Source of the DNA: an uncultured Planctomycetota bacterium
Lineage (GTDB): Bacteria; Planctomycetota; Phycisphaerae; Tepidisphaerales; Tepidisphaeraceae
Direction: 5' to 3'
DNA length: 64,000 nucleotides
Assembly: GCA_963841915.1 (NCBI GenBank)
Contig: CAWJEN010000006.1
Coordinates: 1,216,001-1,280,000 of the forward strand
Shown: piece after piece, positions 10,061 to 20,500 of the stretch
Numbering within the stretch: position 1 is the stretch's first letter
Layout of the letters: each line of letters starts with the position of its first letter
The notes under the pieces: model-generated
What the model was told of the DNA's origin: nothing
Database searches by the model: none
Seen by the model: the letters and a program-made list of their open reading frames with translations, nothing else
Translations under genes and position numbers: made by a program

Positions 10061-10238
10061 GATGCCACTCCTTGGCGGTCGGGTGAGGTGAAGGTGCGGT
10101 GGATCGTGCATCCAGCACGCCGCGAGCCCGCAGCGTACCAACGACGGCGGCGTTGGCAAGGTTCAAGCTCGGGTTCCTTCTCGAGCCTCACCAACCCCAC
10201 AGGGTTCCGCACACGTCCTGCCGGTCCTACCAATAGAC

Positions 10239-10862
10239 GTGGCAGCGACCCTTCTCATCCTCGGAGCCGGCGGGCACGGCAAGGTCGTCGCAGACGTCGC
10301 CCAGGCGTGCGGCTACGTCGTCGCCGGGTTCGTCGACAACGACCCGTCGCTCACCGGCAAAGCGGTAGCCGGTATCGACGTGCTTGGCCCGATTTCGCGA
10401 CTCGAACGCATCGCTGCCGACGTTGGTGCCCGGCAGGTCGCCGTCGCGTTCGGCGACAACCGCGTTCGGCTGGAACACGCTCGTGAAGCCAGGCGGGCGG
10501 GACTGGCACTTGCGACACTCGTCCATCCCACCGCCAGCGTCGCCGCATCGGCCAAGCTGGGCGACGGAACCGTCGTCTGCCGCGGCGCGAGCGTGTGCGT
10601 CGAGTCGACGGCGGGCGTTGCCTGCCTCATCAACACGAATGCAGTTGTCGATCACGAGTGCGTGCTGGGCGATGCGGTACACGTCTGCCCCGCCGCCTCA
10701 CTCGCGGGGCGCGTCGAGGTGGGCGAGGGTGCGATGGTCGGCATCGGCTCGACGATCATCCAGTGCCTGACGGTCGGGCCGTGGGCGACGGTCGGAGCAG
10801 GCGCGGTTGTGACACGAGACGTGGCAGCCGACGCCACCGTAGTCGGCGTACCGGCCAGGTGA
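10239..10862 (+). CDS. Sugar O-acetyltransferase, NeuD/PglB family
   Basis: ILGAGGHGKVVAD, LATLVHPTA, INTNAVVDHEC, hexapeptide repeats, VVGVPAR. Confidence 0.93.
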   Translation: MAATLLILGAGGHGKVVADVAQACGYVVAGFVDNDPSLTGKAVAGIDVLGPISRLERIAADVGARQVAVAFGDNRVRLEHAREARRAGLALATLVHPTASVAASAKLGDGTVVCRGASVCVESTAGVACLINTNAVVDHECVLGDAVHVCPAASLAGRVEVGEGAMVGIGSTIIQCLTVGPWATVGAGAVVTRDVAADATVVGVPAR

Positions 10863-10870
10863 CGCTCGAG

Positions 10871-11800
10871 CTAAGACGGTGCTTTTCCGAGCTTGTTGAG
10901 CAGGAACGGCAACCACCATTCCTTACGCAGCCGCACCTTGGCGTCGAGCCGGGCGGCGGCGTGCTGTGCCTTGAGACTCGTCTCCAAATCGCCCCGCTTG
11001 CGGGCGGCGTGACTGAGCATCATGAGGTTGTGCAGGAAGTAGGCCCTGGCCCCACGTCGACGCGCCTGACGAATTTGAGGCGTTGGGGCCGGGTGCTTGG
11101 CGACGACGAGTTCGTGCCCTTCGAGGTGGCGCAGCACGCTGCCGCTGGAGTTGCCGGCGTGGACGCGATAATGCAGCGCGATCCGCCCGTCGTAGATGAA
11201 CGTCCCGAGCCCACTCAGGCGGATGTACAGATCCCAGTCGTCGCTGCCCCAGATGTTCGTGTCGTACCCGCCGATGCGGTCGAGGGCGTCTCGGCGGATA
11301 AGCGTCTGACCGGGCGTGGCGATCCAGCAACCGGCCAGGAATTCGTCGTGGCACAAGCCGCTGGGCCTGCGGTAGCCATCGCGCGGCGTCGGTGGCAACG
11401 GCTTGCCGTCACCGTCAATGCGATCATCTTCGCCGTAGACGAGGACGGCGTCGAGATCAGATTCGAGCGCATCGATCTGCCAGGCGAACTTGTCGGGTGG
11501 CAGCACATCGTCATCGTCGAGCAGCGCGACGTACTTGCCTCGGGCGAGCTTGATACCGGCGTTGCGAGCCGACGCCTGACCGCCATTGTCCTTGCGGTGG
11601 TACGTCACGCCTCGGTCGAGATACGGCTTGACGACTTCGCCCGTGTCATCCGGTGAGCCGTCGTCGATGACGAGAATCTCGGTCGGCCCATCGAATGTCT
11701 GGGCCAGCACACTGTCGAGCGTGTGCGGCAAGACTGTGGCGTGGTTGTACGCCGGGATGACGACGCTGACGACGGGCGTGGTGTCGCTGGAATCGCTCAT
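10871..11800 (-). CDS. Glycosyltransferase family 2
   Basis: VSVVIPAYN, IDDGSPD, ARNAGI, LLDDDD, SDDWDLYIRL; ATG overlaps the upstream TGA (ATGA). Confidence 0.93.
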   Translation of the reverse strand: MSDSSDTTPVVSVVIPAYNHATVLPHTLDSVLAQTFDGPTEILVIDDGSPDDTGEVVKPYLDRGVTYHRKDNGGQASARNAGIKLARGKYVALLDDDDVLPPDKFAWQIDALESDLDAVLVYGEDDRIDGDGKPLPPTPRDGYRRPSGLCHDEFLAGCWIATPGQTLIRRDALDRIGGYDTNIWGSDDWDLYIRLSGLGTFIYDGRIALHYRVHAGNSSGSVLRHLEGHELVVAKHPAPTPQIRQARRRGARAYFLHNLMMLSHAARKRGDLETSLKAQHAAARLDAKVRLRKEWWLPFLLNKLGKAPS

Positions 11801-13332
11801 GCGGCCTTGGCGTCGGAGGTGGCAACGGGCACTGCTGCAGGCAAGGCCGGGGCGTTGGCGGGCGTGACCTGACCGGCAGGCGTGTCGAGAAAGTCGGCCG
11901 GAATCGCCGGAGCAAGCGGAATCGGGTGTGTCAGCAAGGCCACGAGCTGGTTTCGCGTCACAAGGTAGCCGCGGTTTGCAAAGTCGTCGCCCCACGCCCG
12001 GATGGACTCGGCCTCGGTCACCGGACCAGCGGCCGACACGACTTCGGCCCCTGGCCCACGCAGGTAGGCCGACACCAGCGTCGCCAGATGATTGGGCGTT
12101 CGCGTCGAGCGGGATTCGCTGCTCCAGATCACGAACAACCTCGCGTCGGTCGAGGCCAGCACGGTCGCCCACGTTGCGTCGACGCAGGCCGTGTCGCCTA
12201 CGGCAGCTTTGGCTTCGATGACGATCGTGGTGGCGTCGGCAGCATCATCGGGTATCGCCTGCAGATCGTCCGTGACGACGAGCCGATCGAGAAGCGGATA
12301 CCGCTGCCGAGTCACGACCTGCAGCGTCTCCGGCAGCTCGCGTTGCCCACGCGACCCGCGTAGGCCGAGCAGCGACAGGTGCTTGGCGACGACAACGGCA
12401 ACCTTGGGCACCGCCAGGCCACGCTCGTGCAGCTGGTTGAAGCTGAGCCGCTCGACGTCCCGCACGACCGGCCAGAACGTTTTGCCGTCCAGCACGACAG
12501 GCTCGGCATCGGCCGTGCGATCCAGTACGCCGGCAACGTGACGGGCGACCCGCTCGCTGGTGATGCTCGCCAGAGACAGGTTCCAGTCGCACACGTCCTT
12601 GTTGTGCGGCGTACCGGGCACTTCCTGGCGGACAACGACGGCCGGGCTGGTGCCGAGCGGGTACGGGCCCCAGCGTTTGTCATTCTCCGGCCCGACGACG
12701 GCGACGACGGGAACGCCGCGGGCGCGGGCGACGTGCATGACTCCCGTGTCGTTGCAGACAAGGCACTTGCAACCGTCGTAGAAGCCGGTCAAGCCGAGCA
12801 GGCCGCCGGCTTCAAATGCGGTGATGGCTCTGCCGCGGACGGCCTCCGGAATGCGGGCGATGATTGCATCGATGAGTGCCTTCTCGCCGTCACCGGCACC
12901 AGTGAAGACGACTTTGAGCGTCGGCCGCTCCTTCAGCAGCGTCGTCGCGAGTTCCGCAAAGCGGTTGCCCGGCCAGCGTCGGCTCGGCCGTTTGCTGCCC
13001 GGGTGCATGGCCACGACCTCGTCGCCGATGCTTACGCCGATGGCTTCGCGGAACTTGCTTGCGGCTTCGCTGACGGCGTCATCGTTGAGCTGCAGGAACG
13101 GCACCCGCGCCGCCGGCTCGATCGTGCCGAAGACACTCTCGACCAGTCGCAGGTTGAGCTCTGCTTCGTGCAGGTTCGGGTCGATCGGCACAACGTGGTC
13201 GGCATAGCGCTGCAGCGGGTGGCCGTCGTACAGGCCCAGGCGTTGGGGGGCTCCGGAGAAGACGGCCTCCGGCAGGTTGAAGTACCAGACACCGGCGACG
13301 ACAAGGTCGAACCCGCGGCCCAGCAGTCGCAT
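11797..13332 (-). CDS. Glycosyltransferase family 9 (heptosyltransferase-like), C-terminal part of a frameshifted fusion gene
   Basis: MHPGS..RRWP, CNDTGVMHVARARGVPVVAVVGP; the frame continues upstream as GSSGGSLLKQSPYVDETV to about 13435. Confidence 0.85.
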   Translation of the reverse strand: MRLLGRGFDLVVAGVWYFNLPEAVFSGAPQRLGLYDGHPLQRYADHVVPIDPNLHEAELNLRLVESVFGTIEPAARVPFLQLNDDAVSEAASKFREAIGVSIGDEVVAMHPGSKRPSRRWPGNRFAELATTLLKERPTLKVVFTGAGDGEKALIDAIIARIPEAVRGRAITAFEAGGLLGLTGFYDGCKCLVCNDTGVMHVARARGVPVVAVVGPENDKRWGPYPLGTSPAVVVRQEVPGTPHNKDVCDWNLSLASITSERVARHVAGVLDRTADAEPVVLDGKTFWPVVRDVERLSFNQLHERGLAVPKVAVVVAKHLSLLGLRGSRGQRELPETLQVVTRQRYPLLDRLVVTDDLQAIPDDAADATTIVIEAKAAVGDTACVDATWATVLASTDARLFVIWSSESRSTRTPNHLATLVSAYLRGPGAEVVSAAGPVTEAESIRAWGDDFANRGYLVTRNQLVALLTHPIPLAPAIPADFLDTPAGQVTPANAPALPAAVPVATSDAKAA

Positions 13333-14963
13333 GGCACCGAGCCATCGTGCTGTCCGGCCCTTATTGAAGAAGCGCAGCTCGACGGTCTCGTCGACATACG
13401 GAGATTGCTTGAGCAGCGATCCACCGGAACTGCCGGCGCAAGGGCCACGACCACCTTGGCCGTCGGAAACTTTTCGCGAAGTGCGCGAAGGGTCGGGAAG
13501 AACACGACGGTGTCGCCGAGGTGGCCGTTGCGGACGACGAGAATGCGAGCGACGCGTCGCGTGTCACCTTTGGCCAGTCGAAACAGGCGACGCGTCAGGT
13601 GGTAGCCGTGCCCGAGAACTCGCGTGGCGGCGTAGACGATCTTTTGCTGACCCGACAAGGCCATCGACTCGTAGTTGCCGCTGATGACGCGGACGCTGTG
13701 GTCTTTGCCGTCGAGTCGCGGCTCGACACTGACAGCTTGCCTGCCGGGTCGATCGATCCGCGGCTGAGGTTGACCTTGCTGGTGGCGTGCTTCGGCGGCG
13801 TGCTGCTGGGCCTCGATCAGTCGCTTTTCGAGGTCGTCGGCACGCTTCTGCCAACTGGCCGCCCGGGCGGCGTGCTGGCGTGCCTCGCGCCCTGCCGCCG
13901 GATCGGCCAAGGCCGCGTCGACAGCTTCGGCAAACGCTTCATGCGTCAAGCATACAGCCGCGACGTCGCGTACCGAGTTCAACCCCTCCAACGCCGTCGC
14001 CACCGTCGGCAGGTCGGCGGCGAGATACTCGTACGCCTTGAGCGGATTGCACGCCCGCGTCAGCTCGCTCTGCACGTAAGGCACGAGCCCGATCGTGAAC
14101 CCTTTGTAGACGCCGGCCAGGTCTTCGTACGCAACGCGGCCGGTGAAGTAGACGTTGGGCAATGCCTCCAGCGCGGTAACGTCCACGCCGTCCTTCACGG
14201 GTCCGGCGAGCACGAACGCAACGTCATGGCGACGCCTGGCGAGCGTTGCCACGAGCCATTGGTCCATCCGCTCGTCGACCTGCCCGACAAAGCCGGCCAC
14301 GCCCGCGCGACGTGGCAAGTCGGCGTCGATCCGGTCGAAGATCGCGTGTCGGGGTGATGACGCCAAGGCCGCAGGGGAGAAGTCGTCGACCTCGACACCG
14401 TTCTCCTGCAGGTAGGTGTGCGGCTGGATCTGCTTGAACTGTTCGACGAGCTCCGGCGAAACGGCCAGGGCCACGTGCGACTGCTCCAGGGCGAGCTTCT
14501 GCTCGCGTCGCTGGTGTTCGACAAACGAGGCCGGCATGTTGCCGAAGGCGCTGTTGTCGTCGAAGGCGAGCACCACGCGAGCCGAGGCATCGATGCGGTC
14601 GGCGAGCCAACGCGATGCGGGCCAGCTCGTGATGACCACCGGCGCCCAACAGCCGACGCGTTCGGTCACGCCCCGCACCACACGCGGCGGCAGCCTTGTG
14701 GCGATAGCACGCGGCAGCTTCGGTGCCGGCAGGGTCAGGACGTGCAGGCCGGGCCCGACTTGGCGAAGCCCGTTGCCGCTGGAGGGTGGCCAGACATCAC
14801 CGACAAAGCGAGTGGGCGTGCTCAGCGACGCGCCACCGGCATCTGGGGCGATGGGGTCGACGTACAACACGCGATGCCCCCGCCGGGCCAGGCGGGTGAG
14901 CAGGTGTTGCTTGGCCGTTCGTGTGACGTGCCAGCCTTGTTGTCCGAGGCAAACAATGTTCAT
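13032..14963 (-). CDS. GT-B (GT4/TuaH-like) glycosyltransferase followed by a GT9 N-terminus; frameshift near 13435
   Basis: QHLLTRLARRGHRVLYVDP, ENGVE, PNVYFTG, NPLKAYEYLAADLP, then RILVVRNGHLGDTVVFFPTLRALR. Confidence 0.85.
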   Translation of the reverse strand: MNIVCLGQQGWHVTRTAKQHLLTRLARRGHRVLYVDPIAPDAGGASLSTPTRFVGDVWPPSSGNGLRQVGPGLHVLTLPAPKLPRAIATRLPPRVVRGVTERVGCWAPVVITSWPASRWLADRIDASARVVLAFDDNSAFGNMPASFVEHQRREQKLALEQSHVALAVSPELVEQFKQIQPHTYLQENGVEVDDFSPAALASSPRHAIFDRIDADLPRRAGVAGFVGQVDERMDQWLVATLARRRHDVAFVLAGPVKDGVDVTALEALPNVYFTGRVAYEDLAGVYKGFTIGLVPYVQSELTRACNPLKAYEYLAADLPTVATALEGLNSVRDVAAVCLTHEAFAEAVDAALADPAAGREARQHAARAASWQKRADDLEKRLIEAQQHAAEARHQQGQPQPRIDRPGRQAVSVEPRLDGKDHSVRVISGNYESMALSGQQKIVYAATRVLGHGYHLTRRLFRLAKGDTRRVARILVVRNGHLGDTVVFFPTLRALREKFPTAKVVVALAPAVPVDRCSSNLRMSTRPSSCASSIRAGQHDGSVPCDCWAAGSTLSSPVSGTSTCRRPSSPEPPNAWACTTATRCSAMPTTLCRSTRTCTKQSSTCDWSRVSSARSSRRRGCRSCSSTMTPSAKPQASSAKPSA

Positions 14964-15054
14964 CGGCTAGGCCGCTGGCGGGCAGACGTCGCCCCTGCGG
15001 CGACGCTACGCCGTTGATCGGTTCATCGCCGTCCCCGGCCTAAGCGGGCGCGGC

Positions 15055-15321
15055 TTAGAAGATGATCTGGAAAATGCTGGCGATGATCGACAGCACACCC
15101 AGCACGATGGCGATGATGCTTGTCACGCCGCCGCGAATGCTCGGGGACAGGGCCATGATCGCCCCGACGACGCCGCTTCCGATCGCGATAATCGACAGGA
15201 GCACGTCGAAGTACTCCGTGAAGTAGACCAACAGCACGCACACGACGGCGACAATGCTGGGAATGCTGAACGACGGCCTCGCAGGGCGACGGCTGGGCGG
15301 GTTGTAGTCGAGGGTGGCCAT
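15055..15321 (-). CDS. Small membrane protein (about 3 TM helices)
   Basis: 88 aa, basic LDYxPP N-terminus then hydrophobic helices; TAGCTT 5 nt before the ATG. Confidence 0.75.
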   Translation of the reverse strand: MATLDYNPPSRRPARPSFSIPSIVAVVCVLLVYFTEYFDVLLSIIAIGSGVVGAIMALSPSIRGGVTSIIAIVLGVLSIIASIFQIIF

Positions 15322-15329
15322 GCCCGAAG

Positions 15330-16583
15330 CTATGCAAACGGGCGGCCAAAGCCTACGTGACCGCCGACGAGCGTGGCCACGGGTGCCGCGTCAAGGTGCA
15401 TCAGCGTTGTCAGCGGATCGTCGCCTCCGGGGTCGGCAAAAGCGACCATATCTGCCGAGGCACCAGGCGAGACCTCACCCACGCGACCGTCCAGCCCCAA
15501 TGCCGCGGCACCGCAGGTCGTGATCATCGGCCACAAGGTCTCAGCTGCAACGTTCGGCCTCTCACGAGCGACGTGGCGCAGTTCCGCCAGCACATCAAGG
15601 TCGGGAGTGCTCGCCCGACTGTCTGTGGCAAGGCACACGTTGATGCCGCGGGCGAGCATCTCCTCGAAGGGATGCGGCGGATGGCCGAAGTGAGCGTGCG
15701 TCCGCGGGCAATAGGCCACGGATGCTCGGCCACGGGCGAGGCGATCGAGGTCGCCTGCTTCGAGGTAATTGACGTGGGCCAGCACGATCGGCACCGCCGC
15801 GTCGAGCAGGCCCACGTGGTCGGCAAAGGCGACGGGCGAGCCGTCGAAGGTCGGCACGTCGCCCGTCCAGTCGCCGATCGCCTCCCACAATCGGCGAAAC
15901 GGGCCAGTGCCTTGCCGCAGGAACTCGCCCTCACCCGTCGCCTCTGCCAGATGCGTACACAACGGCCGACGGTGTGCGGTCGCCCAGTCGAGACACCTCG
16001 CGTAGGCGTCAGGCTCGGCCGTGTACGGAGCGTGCGGCGAAACGGCAGTCGTCAGCCGATCGGTCTCTGACGCCAAGTCGGTCGCAGCGGCCACACGCTT
16101 ATCGAGCAAGCTTCTTCGCCCCGCCATCGCCTGCACCTCACCGAAGCTGACGACGCGGATGGGGCCGTCGCGTAAGGCCTTGCGCGTGGCGGCAGGGAAT
16201 CTGCTGATGTCGCCGACGGTCGTGACCCCAAACGCCAGCGACTGGGCCGCCCCCTGCCGGGCCGAGTCGGCGGCGACGGCTTTGACATCAACGCCCTCGG
16301 CCACGCGACGTGTCACGATGCCGATGAGCCAGTCCGCCAGATGCGGCGGCGGCTCGCCCGGTCGGACGTGCGTCAGTTCCAGGTGCGTGTGCGCATTCAC
16401 AAAGCCTGGCAGCAGCAGCACGTCGCCGAGATCGACCGTTTCGCCGTCGAAGGGTGGCAGATCGTCCACCTCGCCACTGGCAACGACGCGGCCTTTGTCG
16501 ACCAGCACGGCCGCCTGCGACACCACGTCAAGTGGCCTGTTGTGCCGTATCAGCGCCATCCGGCCCGCTTTGATCAGCCGCAT
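15330..16583 (-). CDS. Metal-dependent amidohydrolase (deaminase-type)
   Basis: PGFVNAHTHLEL, SPHAPYT, THLAE, LAHVNY, CPRTH, LATDSRAS. Confidence 0.9.
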   Translation of the reverse strand: MRLIKAGRMALIRHNRPLDVVSQAAVLVDKGRVVASGEVDDLPPFDGETVDLGDVLLLPGFVNAHTHLELTHVRPGEPPPHLADWLIGIVTRRVAEGVDVKAVAADSARQGAAQSLAFGVTTVGDISRFPAATRKALRDGPIRVVSFGEVQAMAGRRSLLDKRVAAATDLASETDRLTTAVSPHAPYTAEPDAYARCLDWATAHRRPLCTHLAEATGEGEFLRQGTGPFRRLWEAIGDWTGDVPTFDGSPVAFADHVGLLDAAVPIVLAHVNYLEAGDLDRLARGRASVAYCPRTHAHFGHPPHPFEEMLARGINVCLATDSRASTPDLDVLAELRHVARERPNVAAETLWPMITTCGAAALGLDGRVGEVSPGASADMVAFADPGGDDPLTTLMHLDAAPVATLVGGHVGFGRPFA

Positions 16584-16674
16584 CGTCGCAGACGATAGCT
16601 ATATTTCAGGTTTGTGCGTCCGGTATCTCTTGTCAGTTTCGCGTTGGCCCCCGGTTCGTTAGAGTCTTTGGCAG

Positions 16675-17241
16675 ATGCCCGTTGATCCCGCCGACGCCAT
16701 GCTCGCAGCCACGACCGGTGGCCAACTCTCACCCGAAGCGATGGCCGATTTGCGCGAAGCGCAGGCGACGATGCGACGCTTCGTGGCGGTCGTCGAGGCG
16801 GACGGTCGGTTCCCGCTCGAGGCCTTTCGATTTTTGCAAGAAGGTCTCGACCACGCCGTCAAGCGAACGCATGGCCCTAACGCAGGCCTGACCCGCAGCC
16901 CCGACGGCAGCGGCAAGCGTGTCGAGCCAGGCACAGATTTGGACGAGCACCCGCACCACATCTCGGCGCGTGAGCTTTGCGAGGGACTTCTCGATCTAGC
17001 CCTGCTCCGCTGGGGCCGCCTGGCCAAAGCCGTACTCAATGGATGGGGTATCGAGCGGACCGACGACTTCGGCACAATGGTCTTTTTGCTCGTCGACAAC
17101 GATCTGCTCCGCAAGACCGAAGGCGATCGGCTCGAAGACTTCAGCGGCATCTTTACGATGAGCGAGATCGAGCGGCAATACGCCATCGATATCGACGGTG
17201 GCATCGAGGCCGACGAGGTGCATGTCGCGGGGGCGGCGTGA
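16675..17241 (+). CDS. Verrucomicrobia/Planctomycetes-restricted protein (Minf_1886-like)
   Basis: D.RF..EAFRFL.EGL, HISARELCEG, VLNGWGIERTDDFG.MVF.LV; family recognised from memory. Confidence 0.8.
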   Translation: MPVDPADAMLAATTGGQLSPEAMADLREAQATMRRFVAVVEADGRFPLEAFRFLQEGLDHAVKRTHGPNAGLTRSPDGSGKRVEPGTDLDEHPHHISARELCEGLLDLALLRWGRLAKAVLNGWGIERTDDFGTMVFLLVDNDLLRKTEGDRLEDFSGIFTMSEIERQYAIDIDGGIEADEVHVAGAA

Positions 17242-17384
17242 GCGAGTCGGCACCGACGCAACCCGAGACGCGACTCAGGGCGGAGCCGTGGCCGTTCAAG
17301 CCGCGGCGCAAGATGTTCTTCGTCCTGCTGGGGCTGTTCGTGATCTGGTTGACGACGCTGTTTGTGCTCAATGTAACGACGTAG
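17238..17384 (+). CDS. Putative 48-aa single-TM protein
   Basis: GTG overlaps the upstream TGA; PRRK followed by MFFVLLGLFVIWLTTLFVL. Confidence 0.5.
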   Translation: MSESAPTQPETRLRAEPWPFKPRRKMFFVLLGLFVIWLTTLFVLNVTT

Positions 17385-17539
17385 GGCCGTCGAACAGTTG
17401 CCGGTCTAAGGGCAAATGCTGTTGATGTAGCCGCAACATTATGGGACGGTGCAATCGCCCTGCTGTCGGCTCGGGCGCCGACGGCGGCACGTACTACGTC
17501 CCAATACGGTTTGCCGTATCTGCCTGAGGAGTCCAGAAC

Positions 17540-20500
17540 ATGTTTGATGCTTTACGTTCCGTCTCGGCCAAAGCCGCCGCAGGCAAAGCCGTCCTTCGCC
17601 GTGCGGCCATGATCGAGTCGCTCGAAACCCGCCGCCTTCTGTCGACGATCAACTGGGTCAACCGCAACGTCTTCACCGGTGGCAACGACAACCGCTTCGA
17701 CGACGTCTTTGGCTCGGCGGCCACGACGGCCATCAACGTCGTCGACCAGGCCATCACCGCATGGGAAGAAGTCATCGGTGACTTCAACTACTCCAACGGA
17801 TCCAACACGTACAACCTGACGCTGAGCATGGACGCCACCGGCACCGGCTTCGGAGCGTCGGCCGGTCCGAACGGCACCATCGGTGGAAAGCCCAGCCAAG
17901 GCTCGGCCCGCTTCAGCCGTGGTAACGACACCAACGGCGACGGCAACGGTGACGGACAGGGCTGGTTCCTGGACCCGACGCCCGACGACAACTCCGAGTT
18001 CCGCGGCAACCTCATCAACCCCTACACCCGCAACACCTCAGGCGGCCCGGCCGCCGGTCAGGGGGACTTCCTCACCGTCGTCACCCACGAAATCGGGCAC
18101 ACGCTCGGCTTCGTCAACAGCTCGCAGATCCGCGCCCTGTCGACCGACACCGGCGTCAGCGACGCCCAAAACGGCAACGTCGGTAACTACTGGCGGTTTG
18201 TCGGACCAAACGTCTCGACGCTCATGACCAGCAACAACGGCGGCTCGGGCGGCAGCGACTTCGGCGGACCCGTACACGCCGCCACAGGCGGTGCCAGCGT
18301 CTTTACCGGCGGCCAGACGTACGTCGGTGACTTTGACCTGATGACGCCGATTTACAGCTTCAGTCAGCGGAAACTCATCGACTACGGCGCAGCCTACATC
18401 CTGGGCGACTCGTACAACTACACCATTAACGCGCCAGCGCAGTTCGGCAACTTCTACGCCGTCATGAACGAAGCGACGAACGAGCTTCTCATCGAAGGTG
18501 CAGCCGGTAACAGCAACGATGTGGTCACGATCACCTCGTCAGGGTCGCAGACGACCGTCAGCGTCGACATCGGCAATGACGTCGCCGGTGCCGGTCGTTT
18601 TGCCGGTGCCGGGAACCTCCCGGCCTTCGTGCGCACGTTCTCCAACACCGACTTCGACACGATCCGCATCGACACGTTCAGCGGTGACGACGTCATCAAC
18701 GTCTTCGGCACCGGTGGCGCAGCGGTCGACGTCGACGCAGGCAGTGGCAGCGACGTCATCAACTTCGCCAACGACGATCTTGATCAGGTCGCAGGCACCA
18801 GCACGATCTCCGGCGGCAGCGGAATTGATGTCGTCAACTTCCGCGACCAGGGAGACGGCGGAGCAGACAACTATCTGCTCGAATCGAGCAGGTTGTCCAA
18901 AACCAGCGGCGGCGGCGTCTTCACATCCGTTAACTTCAGCAGTTTCGAGACCGTCACCCTGCTCGCCAACGAACAGGCCAACAGCATCGACGTGCAAGAT
19001 ACTGGCGGCTCTACCGAATATCGCATCTTCTCCAATGGCGGCGATGACATTGTGCGACTCGGGTCGGGTGACACGGACACCAACCTTACCGGCCGCGTTG
19101 AAGTCAACACCGGCGACGGTGTCGACCGCATCGTCTTCAACGACATCAGCGACACCGGTGACGACTTCTACAACTTCGACAGCGTCGGTGGCAGCTTCTA
19201 CCCGTACGAGTACGTCAAAAGCTTCGGCGGTGTCGTCGCCTTCGGCAATACAACCGAGATCGTGGAGCTTCAGGCGAACGAGGGCAACAACGACATCAAC
19301 TTCGACGCACCCGGTGCATTTGCCGCAGGCCTGACTTTCCAGGTCTTCGGCAACGGTGGTGATGACGAGGTGCTTGTCGGTGACGGCACCACCGGCATCG
19401 CCAACAACGACGCCACCATCAACTTCACAGGCGGCGCGGGCATTGACGCCCTTGTTTACAACGCCCAGAACGTCGGGGCCATCGCCACACGCTTCTTCGA
19501 CGGAACGACCCTCACCGGTGGCACGGGTGGCTCGTTTGCCGCGCTGGCCACAACGGAGGCGTTCGACCTCAACACCGGTAGCGGTCCAGATGTCATCGAC
19601 ATCAACGCCGTCGTTGCAAGCCTGATCCTCAACGTCAACAGTGGCTTGGGCAACGATACCGTGACGCTGGGTGGCGGCGACTTCGACACCAACATCAGCG
19701 GCACTGTTCGGATCGATCTGGGGTCAGGCTCCTCGGATTCGATCATCATCGATGACCTTGTCGACACCTTCGACGATCCGTACAACCTCACCAGCCCGAC
19801 ACCCTCGATCTTCGTTCCGGCCGGCTTTGTCACCTTCACAAAGGGCTTCGGCGGGTCTGCGGTCCTGACGAGCGCCACCATCGACACGCTGCGCATTCGC
19901 GGCAACAACGGCAACAACGCCTTCAACCTGCTCGGAGGGGGCGGCCTGCCAGCGTCGCTCGACCTCGTGATCGACGGTAACGACGGTGACGACACCCTCA
20001 ACATCGGCGACGGCTCCTTCGGCATTGCCCTGTGGGATCAGTCGACGACCTTCAACGGTGGCGCGGGGAGCAATACCGTCAACTTCAACGGGCAGAACCT
20101 GCCGGGCACAACGTACAACGTCCAAAGCGGAAGTCTCACCAACACGTTGAGCGGTGACGTGCTCTACAGCAACGTGAGCCTCTTCAACTTGAACACGGGC
20201 AACGGCGTCGACACGCTGCTCGTTGACAGCCTCGGCACGACGACCACATTCAACGCCAACCTCAACGGCGGCGGTGATGAAGTGGTTCTCGGCGACGCGA
20301 CGGACAACGTCGAAAACATTGACGGCCCCGTCAACATTTTTGCTGGCCCCGGTAATGACACGCTCGACTACCGCGACGCGGCCAACACCTTCGACGACGA
20401 CTACAGCTTTACCAACACCGGTGGCAACGGCCTGATCACCCGCTCGTTCGCCGGTAACGTTACGTTTGATGCGTCGCTCGAAACGGCTCAGCTGTTCGCC

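Noticed and set aside
17395..17520. CCGGTCTAAG and hairpins upstream of the 1231-aa gene, resembling a c-di-GMP-I riboswitch
   Set aside because: The GCAAA...GNRA...GCAAA arrangement that should precede it is missing; an Rfam scan would settle it.
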